Source: Eledone cirrhosa
Lineage: Eukaryota
NCBI GenBank assembly: GCA_964016885.1
Contig: OZ024742.1
Span: 149,792,001 to 149,856,000 of the forward strand
DNA: 64,000 bases
Direction: 5' to 3'
Below, piece by piece: positions 54,187 to 64,000 of this stretch. A program made the translations under genes and the position numbers. Position 1 is the first letter of the stretch. Each line of letters begins with the position of its first letter. The notes under the pieces are model-generated. The model did no database searches. It saw nothing but the letters and a program-made list of their open reading frames with translations, and was not told the DNA's origin.

Positions 54187-54765
54187 ATGCAGATAGGATC
54201 TATTGAGATGGTTGATAGCTTCCAATATCTAGGTGATCAGATTAACAAGGGAGGAGGATGCTCCGGGGTCATAATATTTAGAATAAGGACAGGAGGGAAG
54301 AAGTTTAGGGAGTTGCTTCCTCTGTTGACAACGAAGGATTTCTCCCTACAAACGAAAGGTCGGTTATATGATACCTGTGTGAGATGCGCGATGCTGCATG
54401 GTAGTGAGACATGGGCAGCAACTGCAGAGGATATGCGAAGGCGAGAGAGAATTGAAGCAAGTATGCTCTGATGGATGTGCAATGTCAATGTGCATGAATG
54501 ACCAAGCATAGATGAGTTGAGAGTGAAACTGTGTATAAGAGGGATAAACTGTAGTGTGCGGGAGAGAAGACTGTGTTTGTATGGCCATGTGATTCATATG
54601 GAAGATGACCGCTGGGTGAAGAAGTGTCAAGAAATCCCGGTGGAAGGAAGATGCAATAGGGAAAGACCACGAAAAACACAGGCAGAGATGGCGAGAGCTG
54701 ACCTCAGATTGCTGAAGTTCACAGAAGAGATGATGTAAAAGCTGACATAAAATGATGATGATGAT
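54187..54765 (+). mobile_element. Degenerate 3' fragment of RTE LINE with (GAT)n tail
   Basis: [43 protein letters not shown] with stops. Confidence 0.85.
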
Positions 54766-55289
54766 AGACACTTCAACCTGAACAGTTTTGTATTATAAAA
54801 AACAGGAGTGGTTTCTCACAGTTTGGTATATCTCTCTTTCTTGGAATTGGTTATGTTGCACTGTGAAAAGTGTCATGAAAGACCAGCTACAGCATTCTTT
54901 TTTGAGAGAGGTTGAATGAGGAGCTACAAACTGTTTCCCATTGAAATTTGATATGCTATTGGAACTGCCCTAGGCTAGATCATGGTTTGGTACAGCATGG
55001 AATAGAAACAAAGAATAACTGTATGTGAGAAAAACATGCATCTGTCCATGTTTTTTCCATCTCTAGGGATGTTTTACCTGATGGATGATTGCATACGGAC
55101 TGACAAAAATGTCCTTTTCTTCACAAATTTGCCACCAGGAAGATGGCCTGTAAAATACACTCAAATTTAAGTGAAAGAGATAATACATATGTATGTATGC
55201 AACACAAGACACCTAAAACATCTCTATCAATTTGTAGTGTATTGCTCGACTCTTCAGAGAATACTTGTGTCAACAATGTCAACAACATT

Positions 55290-55455
55290 GTGAATTGGCA
55301 GTATCGGTAGAGGGTCTGACGCCATGCTTTGCAGCAAGGAGTTACGTCCCTTTATGATCTGAGTCCAAACCCCGCTGAGGTTAACTTTGCCTTTCATCCT
55401 TACGGGGTCGATAAAATAAAGTACCAGTGATGCACTGAGTAATTGCTGGCCTTAT
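55290..55455 (+). mobile_element. tRNA-derived SINE (377-type)
   Basis: Matches 603-770. Confidence 0.8.
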
Positions 55456-56189
55456 TATTAGTGGTGGTGGTAGTGGAGAATAAATGGGGGGATGTTGTAC
55501 TATATAGTGTTGGTGTTAGTGAAGGGATGGCAATACTGGTAAGGCTTTTAGTATCACATTAGACAAGATAACAGAGGTGCCGTAGAAAGTGTGTTGAGGG
55601 GAGAAGAGGGAGAGAAGTGATAGGGGGTTAGGTGGTGGTGTTGGGAATTCAGATTTCATATGAGAGAGAGAGAGAGAGAGCACATTGGGGAATGGGCATA
55701 AGAAAGTGGGGGAGAGAGAGAGAAAGAGAGGAAGATATCATGAGAAAAAGATATGAGAGATTAGAGAATAGGAGAGAAATATATTGAGAGAGGAGAGATA
55801 TAGTGAGAGAGAAATATATTGAGAGAGGAGAGATATAGTGAGAGAGGAAGATATTAAGAATGAGAGAAGAAGGAACAATGGGAGAAAAGGATAGAGAAAG
55901 AAGGAGGGGAAAGATAAAGAGAAAAAGAAAAAAGGCTTGGTATATAATTTGGATAAGGAGGAAGGGAGGTGGAGGAAGAGGTGATGGTGGAGGTATAGCA
56001 GGGGGAGGAGGAGGTTAAGGTGAAGCAAAAGAGAAGGCAGAGTAGGAAGAGGAGGAGTAAAGCTATTGATGATGGAGTTAAACTAATGAAGGCAAGGTAG
56101 ACATGGCAACAAGTGGCACTACTTTTTAGGACTGCACACTACTTTTGTTTTTTTTTAATTTTGGTTACTTGCTACTTTCATTTGAAACC

Positions 56190-56405
56190 CTCCAAGTATC
56201 GATTGCTCTCCAACAGGTTTGCAGTCCAGCCCCTAGCAGTGGAGACTTCTGGTGTCCTTGACCCTAGGGCTACCTCCCTACTTTCCACCATAGGTGCTGA
56301 GCGGGCTAGCCACAGGTGTGAGCCTCGTGAGATAGAATGGCCCTTCCAGTGCATCTCCCTTACCATCCTCTGGGGAAACCTATTCATCATTCTTTCCACC
56401 GGGAC
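56190..56405 (+). mobile_element. C-terminal RLE-region fragment of a CRE-clade non-LTR retrotransposon
   Basis: KYRLLSNRFAVQPLAVETSGVL..LLSTIG..EPREIEWPFQCISLTILWGN resembles the CRE C-terminal pattern KY..L...F.P.AVET.G....L.QRIS.A..RGN. Confidence 0.6.
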
Positions 56406-56536
56406 GTGGGACCCCATTTGCTCATAATACAGAGAGATGGGGTGGGAAAGAGAGATGGAGGTGATGACGGTGGGAGTTCAGCTCTTCTGTGTTCAGACCT
56501 GGTGTGCAGCGTCAGTTGTCCATAGGGAGGTAGGGA

Positions 56537-56570
<34 letters not shown>

Positions 56571-58114
56571 ATTGAAGTTTTTAACCTGGCATCAACTCAT
56601 TTTTAACTCTTCTATTGCCATATTTTTAATGAGGATGGAAGCGAATAGGTAGAGTCATAAAATCTTTGAATTGAATGACTTTCTATTTGTTCTGGTCTCT
56701 CTGCAATCCGTGTTCAAATCATATTAAGGTCAACTTTGCTTTTCATTCTGATTTAATAAAGTAACAGTCCAAGGGTAGTGGATTGGTGGAATCTATATAT
56801 AAATTTGAGTGACTTCCGTCCATCCGTCACACAATGTATGTTTGTGTGAATTGTGTGAATGTATGTGTATGTAAAAGGAAGGAAGGGGATGGTGAAAAAA
56901 CTATAGCAAAACAGCAGCTGGCGTTCCACATGCTGTGTGTGAATGTATGTCTGTGAGTGTGTATTTTTGTAATTGTGTCTGTGTTTGCGTCTTTATATTT
57001 ATATACTTAAATGTATGGATATGCATACAGACATGCACCTGTATATGCACATAAGCATCAGCGTGTTGAAAAAAATCCTAGTTGTTAAAACATCAGATGG
57101 GATGTTTTGCAGTATTTAATCTAGCTCTGTGCTGTTTGTGCTTAAAACCAACAAAGCTCCATTAAGAGTTGTGACCTATGATCATAAAACTTGGGTAATG
57201 ATGGAAAGAATATGATCGTGAATACAAGAGGCTGAAATGGGGTTCCACTGAAGAGTCTTTGGAGTAACTTTACTCGATAGAGTGCATAGCTCGGAGATCA
57301 GAAAGTCACACTAGGTAGAGCCACTGCTTCTCTGAATAGAGAGAGAGCACAGCTCTGATACTATGGGCATGTGGTTAGAATGTCTCAGGAATAGATTGCT
57401 GAACAGCAGAAGACCCTGGTGTAGGCCATGAGCAAGGCTGGTCCTGCTTGGGGATCCAGCTGGATCAGCTGGAGATGGTTGCTTCTGACAGGACCCACTG
57501 GAAGGAGTGTTTGAGGATTCTGCACCCATGACCCTCTCGAGAATAAGTGGAAGAAGGAGGAGAAGGAGGAGGAGAAGAAAAAGAAAAAGAAGATGATAGC
57601 ATCAACAATTGAAAGTTCAATGAAAACCCAGTTTCTTTGGTCTGATCTAATGATTGGCTCTTTTCCTTTTTTTCTTATGAAAGTGACAGCCTATGATTTT
57701 CAAATCAAGTATTTGGAAGAGTTTAGTAATATAATTTTCTCATTATCAATCTGGTGTTTGGAACATAAAGATACTTACACAAAATTACGATAGAAAGTTT
57801 GTAGATAGATATAGACAGTTTTGTATCATAAAACCTGGGTAGTTTCAACTGGTCCAGGATCAAAAGAGTTAAAAGCAAGAATTCTATTGAATATCACATG
57901 AAAGTATCAACTAAGTACATTACAATCGACCTACAGACAATCCTTATCTATAGATATATAGATATTTAATTTGCAAGTAAAATGTTCATTTTGTGCTAAC
58001 ACAAAAGTTTTCGGGGGTGGAGCCTTGAAAAGGTCCAGAGGGGCACTGCAGCCTAAGGGGTGTGGTATATTAAATATCAAAGAATACATATTAAAGATAA
58101 ATATATGTATAAAG

Positions 58115-58300
58115 GGCGGTGAATTGGCAGTATTAGTAGAGAGTCGGACACTATGTTTTCAGCATAGAGTTACGGCCCTTTACGGCCTGAGTTCAAATCC
58201 CGCTGAGGTAAACTTTGCCTTTCATCCTTGCAGGATTGCTAAAATAAAGCACCAGTAATGAACTGTTGTAATTGCTGGACTTGTGCCACAAGTAAAAACA
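58115..58300 (+). mobile_element. tRNA-derived SINE (377-type)
   Basis: Matches 603-790. Confidence 0.8.
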
Positions 58301-58330
58301 ATTATATATAAATATAGTAAAATAAATATA

Positions 58331-59249
58331 ATGTAAGTATGTATACGTACATACATATATGTATACAGACGTACAGTAGTATGTATATATATACATACAT
58401 GCATGCACACATATATATATATGTAGGAATGGATTTACCGAAAATTTATTATAATGCTCGGTGTGTTTGTAAACAAACATCCCGAATTAAGCCGTACAGT
58501 GTTTAGCAACCATCGCTGCCCTTTTGTTCAACACTGACAAAGGAATGATGTACTAGTTTCAAGCTTATTAGCTATCGTCAGCACCATATACCTTCCTGCC
58601 AGATGATTGAACGTCTGAAAGTATTTACTTTCTTTATGCATATTAACAGCTGAGCAACCCAATTTGCATATCGAGTGAGTTAATCGGTGGGCGCACCGAA
58701 AACGATAAATGGAAAAAATGAAACAAAATTTCATTTCTCACTCTTAGTACGGCTGTTACTTAAATATAAGTATATATACGTACATACATATAAGTATGTA
58801 TACGTACATACATATATGTATACAGACGTACAGTAGTATGTATATATATATATATATACATACATGCACACATATATATATGTATGTATGGATTTACCGA
58901 ACATTTATTATAATGCTCGGTTTGTTTGTAAACAAGCATCCTGAATTAAGCCATACAGTGTTTAGCAACCATGTATGTATATATATACATACTACTGTAC
59001 GTCTGTATACATATATGTATGTACGTATACATACTTATATTATACATAATTTATATATAATAAATATTATAATTTATACTAACGATTTTATTTATTACAT
59101 ATTATTTACAGTTGCCATGTAGACAGGTCTGTCTGGAAATAGGGTTGGGGGTGCTCAGGGTATTACATGTTGAGAGTGGAGTTGGACATTATAATAAATG
59201 TTCGGTAAATCCATACATACATATATATATGTGTGCATGTATGTATAAG
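58331..59249. repeat. Rearranged dispersed repeat: direct copies ~58331-58513 and ~58790-58972, inverted pieces ~58973-59040 and ~59189-59249
   Basis: Shared taagtatgtatacgtacatacatatatgtatacagacgtacagtag...tttattataatgctcgg..gtaaacaa; related sequence at 40293-40484. Confidence 0.75.
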
Positions 59250-60493
59250 TTTGAGAACCTCTGCTCCAACACAACTAACTTTTTATGAAATTGATCTAGA
59301 GAGAGAGAGAGAGAGGGTGAGAGAGAGAGAGGGTGAGAGAGAGAGAGAGAGGGTGAGAGAGAGAGAGAGAGAGAGGGTGAGAGAGAGAGAGAGAGCTCTG
59401 GCTCCACATAACTCACTCTCAGCTGTGGGTGAATAGTTGGGTTGAGATAGGATCAAGTAGGGAAGGGTCAGTGAGAGAATAAAAACATGGGTTTGGAGCT
59501 GAAGAGAGAGCACAGGATACAGTAATGTTGTTGTTGTTGGAATTGGAGTGAAGTGGTGGTGGTGGTGGGGGGGGGGGAGTCAATCCAGAGAAGAGGGAGA
59601 GCAATATATAATGAGGCGGAGATGGTGATAGGGGAAAAAGCAGTGGTTGAGGGAGGGGGAAAGACAAAGAAGGAGAGAAAGCAAGAAGAGAGAGAAAATT
59701 ATTATGGTAGAGTGGGTTGAGAGCTGGGTGAGGAGAGTCTAGAGGCCTGGATCTTAGAGGTTATGAAATGGTATACTGGCATACAGAGAGAGAGAGAGAG
59801 AGAGAGAGAGGATGGGGAAGAAGTAATCGGAAATGGTGTTAATGGTGGGGTTGGAGAATGAGGGCAAATGAATTCGGAGAAAGGTGGAGAGAGTGGCATG
59901 CAAGTAGTAGTTAATGATTGTTGGTGATGGATGGAGGATGTGTCGGGTGTAATAATTAGTTGTTGAAGAGAGGAGGGGGTTCTGGAAGAGAGGTAGGTGG
60001 TAATTGGCAGAGGGAGAGGAGGTGGAGTGGAGTGGGGGTGGGGTTTGGTGGGGTGGATGTTGTCAATGATGGAGAAAGAAAATTTTGGTCAGAAAGACAT
60101 GTAAAATGTGTATTTGAAGACAGGATGCTAATAATGGTAGAATAGAACATTGGTGAAGATGGTGATGGAGATGTTGGTGGTGGTAGTGGCAGTAGTGAGA
60201 GCTTAATGTGAGAGCATTTGGAAGGAACTGTAAAATGGTTAGGATGTTGTTAGTGTTATAAGTCTTATGTTCTTTATATTTGAAATGTTAATGAAATACA
60301 AAAAAAAACAAAAAAAAAACAGTCAGAGGCTATTTAATTCCTTCTCTTCTATACCATCACCATTATTATCACCCCTCTATCATCATCATCATCACAATGA
60401 GCACCATCTCTATCCCCACCATCATCATCCTTATAATCCCATCACCATTATAACCAACATAACATCTTTACCATCATCATTATTAACATCATC

Positions 60494-60685
60494 GGTGGTT
60501 TGGCAGTATCAGTAGAGCGTCAGACGCCATGCTTTGCAGCACAGGAGTTATGACCCTTTACGTTCTGGGTTCAAAACCCGCCGAGGCTAACTTTGCCTTT
60601 CATCCTTACGGGGGGGTCGATAAAATAAAGTACCAGTAATGCACTGGTGTAATTGCTGGCCTTGTGCCAAAAGTAGAAACAATAT
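60494..60685 (+). mobile_element. tRNA-derived SINE (377-type)
   Basis: Matches 603-790. Confidence 0.8.
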
Positions 60686-60865
60686 TATTAACATCACCGC
60701 TTTTATCATCATCACAACCACCACTACCACCACCACCACCACCACCAGCAGCACCATCATTATCATCATCATCACCACCTTCCCCCAACAAAACTACTAT
60801 CTAATCATTATCACCATCACAATCATTGTCAGCACCATCCAATTAGTGTTTTATATGTAGTTAAA

Positions 60866-61046
60866 TAATTGTTTCTACTATTGGCACAAGGCCAGAAATT
60901 ACCCAGTACATTACTGGTACTTTATTTTATCGACCCCGTAAGGATGAAAGGCAAAGTTAACCTTGGCGGGATTTGAACTCAGAATGGCCGTAACTCTATG
61001 CGTCAAAGCATGGCGTCCGAACCTCTACCGATACTGCCAATCCACC
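60866..61046 (-). mobile_element. tRNA-derived SINE (377-type), inverted relative to neighbour
   Basis: Reverse complement of 603-790. Confidence 0.8.
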
Positions 61047-61453
61047 GTCCATGTAGATTAAATAATATTGTTCATTGCCTGGCCATTCCCCCAGCTCCTC
61101 CCATCAAATATAGTCAGACATATAAGGACCACTCATATACTATAGTAATATATACACATATACATGTACACACACTAAACATGTACAGTACACTAATAAT
61201 ACAACACTGTAACTAATCTACAAAGATGAAACTTAACTGTTGTGTGTATGAATGATTATATGTATGCGTGTCTCTCTCTCGTGAGAGAGAGAGAGAGAGA
61301 GACAGGGGGAGAGAGAGAGAGAGAGAGATCACATCTCAGCCAATTTTCTGATCAAACCAGGGGAACATACTTATGCCAGATGTCTCATTCCATCCTAATC
61401 ATCATCTTTTTACATCAGCTTTTCCGTACTTGCATGGAGGGGGGGGGGGGTAT

Positions 61454-61800
61454 TTATGTTGTATCAGTGGTTGTATTTCCGATATAGTCATTAAATCCAG
61501 TGTTTTTTTGAAGTATGCCAATAAAGTGGATCAGTTGTCTCCCATGTTTAATCCTTTCATGTGTTGGTTGCCATAACACTAGATTTGAAAGGAGGGTGGA
61601 GTCAGAATGTCTCACACAATGGCCTGCCAATCTCAATTTTCATGGTGATATCTTTTCAGTTAATTTTGATAGGCAGTCATAAAATCCATGACTGGTGGCA
61701 TAGAGTGAGAAAGTTCTTCCTAAACTTTAAACCTTACAACAGATGGTACTTTGCTAAAGATATCTAGGTGTTAACTGTTGTGTTAAACAGAGCTGGATAA
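61454..61800 (-). mobile_element. RTE-X-like LINE 3' fragment
   Basis: RLAGHCVRH..LVLWQPTH.R..HGR resembles RTE/RTE-X C-terminal motifs. Confidence 0.55.
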
Positions 61801-62639
61801 AGTTTTTTTGAGGCTCTAAACACTTAAAAGATCATGCCCCCTGCCTCCATATATAAAGTCTGCAAAAACAAATGTTTTTTTTCTTTTAATAAAATGGCAC
61901 CCCTTTTCCTTTGATGCCCAAATCCTGTGTTTATTTTGCTTAGTGTTAAACCAGATAACAGATTTAAGTTTACCATTAGGTTACAGAAAATGTTAACTCA
62001 GAATGAAAAGAGTTCCCCCAAAATACAAAGCATCCTGTCTTATGCTCTAACAATTTCCCTAATCCACTGTACTGGAGTGGTACATTATTTTATGAACTTT
62101 GAAAGAATGAAAGACAAAGTTGACCTTTGTGGGATTTGAACTCAGAATGTTAAGAACCTGAACAAATACCACAAAGTATTTCTGTTTGACATTCTTACAA
62201 CTCTACTAATCCATTGCCTATATATTCTGGGGTGATGAATTGGCAGAATTATTGGGGCATCAGATTAAAAATACCTCAGTATTTGTTCCGGCTCACTGCT
62301 CTCTGAGTTCAAATCAGCCTCAAGTCAACTTTGCTTTTCATCCTTTTGAGGTGGATAAATAAAGTACCAGTCCAGAAAGGGATGCTTCTTCTTTATCAAT
62401 CTCTTTCTCTCTGGAGGGAGTACGGAACCAGCAATCTTCCAATCTGGAGAAGGATGAATTCCACCAGGTTTAAAATGGTCAAGACATGCTGTGTCACAAC
62501 AACACTCCCTACAACTCCATCATGTGTTAAAGGCCTTTTACATTTTATTTATATATACTGAATCTTATTGCATTACTATATTGACTTCCCATGGGTACAA
62601 GCCGAAGCTGAAGTATATAGACAGTATGCCCCCACCTCC

Positions 62640-62890
62640 TCCCAATGTAAAGTGGTGGTGGATGTGTCACGATGAAAAAGCACCCAGTTCACACTGTAAA
62701 GTGGTTGTGTAGGCACCATGGTAAAAAACACTGAGTACTCCCTGTAAATGAGGTTGGTGTTAGGAAGGGCACCCGGCTGAATGAAATCAAGCCAAAATCA
62801 GTTCTGTATGAGCAGGCATTGCCCACAACAGGACAACTCGTCTAACCCATGCTAGCATGGAGGAATGGACATAAAATGGTGACGATGTTG
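62640..62890 (+). mobile_element. Diverged RTE family A 3' UTR fragment
   Basis: Homologous to ~22090-22350. Confidence 0.75.
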
Positions 62891-64000
62891 AGTTATTTTA
62901 AAAGTAAGAATGTATGTAAATTATGATACATTTTTGTATATAAAGTTACCATCATGTTTATATGTGCACAGTGTTTATTTAGTTATGTGTATTTCTCCTT
63001 GATTTCTTTTCTCTTTCATATTTGCCTCTACTTACTATCTAGCTCATTTTATGGGGGAATGAGGGGTGTCTCATCAACATCACCAAACTCATGGCCCATT
63101 GCATTGGAGTTTTTTTCTCATCAACATCATCATTATCTCTAAACCCTTACAATATCTTTAGTCTTCTAGAATGGCCAATCTACAGTTTAATGATATCTAC
63201 TATTTAGTTGTTCTTTCAACCTTTGTGTCTGTGCGTGCTTTTTGACATATATGTATGTGTATGCATGCCTGTGTGTGTTTGCATATGTGTGTGTGTGTGT
63301 GAGTGTGTTTGCATGTATGTGTGCATGTGCGTGTATGTATGTGCATACATAGTTTTATTGCTGTGGTTGTTGTGGTGTTTTGTTAGTTGTTGGACAAAGT
63401 GTAGAATAGATTTTCTCATTTCAACTTCATTCTCACGGCCTTTTAATCTTCTAAATTATACATTACACTGTATTCCTTCAGCAAAAAGCAGGAACTGGTA
63501 GAATGATGAAAGAGAGGGCAGATCTGTGACTTTACACCACACCCTATATTTGTCTTTTATGTCAGTCTTGGTGCTTCATTTCTGTTTTGTGAGACTTTTG
63601 ACATTTTTTTGTTGTTATTTTGTGAAAATCAGTTGCGAACTCCAGAAGTTATGACGTTTTGTTGCATTGCACTACAGTGCTTCAGTCGACTCCAAGGAAG
63701 TGGTTAAAGGAGGTTATCTGCCAGGAGGCCCTATAATCAATATCTGGAAAAATGAAAGTGCCCATGACCATCCAGAGTACATAAGTAACCTATGTCTTAA
63801 GTTTGGTGAAAATACTGTAGAAATGCATAAGGTTTATACGTGTGTGCGTGCGTGTGCGTATGTATGTGTATGTACGTCGGGGCATACGTATGTACTGGCC
63901 TAAATCTTCACTATTTACTTTTACTATTTTAATAACCTCTGTCATTTTCATTTTCAATTTTATTTCCATCATTCTTAAACTCCAGGGCTGGAAATCATTC

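Noticed and set aside
57200-57545. Possible RNase H-like remnant of an I/Ingi-type LINE on the minus strand
   Set aside because: Only vague resemblance (..TLQW.P..) with stops; not supportable without a profile search.
58595-58635. cagatga...gaaagtatttactt as a hammerhead
   Set aside because: Core U4 missing and stems I and II do not pair.

Overview
AT-rich, repeat-dominated eukaryotic DNA. The SINE families and multi-kb (TA/CA)n tracts suggest a mollusc, probably an octopus-type cephalopod (inference). The only host coding sequence I can support is a short minus-strand exon (1750-1836) encoding a tetraspanin-like N-terminus; the rest may be an upstream intron or flank of that gene. The window holds an apparently full-length, intact RTE-clade LINE (14678-22360). 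Its single ORF has an APE endonuclease, an RT and a PHD finger inserted inside the RT, and it is preceded by ~4 kb of hierarchical ~600-bp tandem monomers. Also present: a near-identical 5'-truncated copy; two head-to-head 'tails-out' dimers of a second RTE family, each pairing the same two sequence variants; tRNA-CORE SINEs sharing the RTE 3' UTR; a DD37D-type Tc1/mariner transposase; a non-autonomous Helitron; MITEs; and old LINE fragments. The most striking unannotated item is a terminally redundant, non-coding 690-bp-unit element (40500-41356) containing a type I hammerhead ribozyme with a long stem II (retrozyme/Penelope-like). Most young insertions sit in (TA)n-derived microsatellites whose interruptions share one strand polarity. 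Most long ORFs in the supplied track are microsatellite artefacts.
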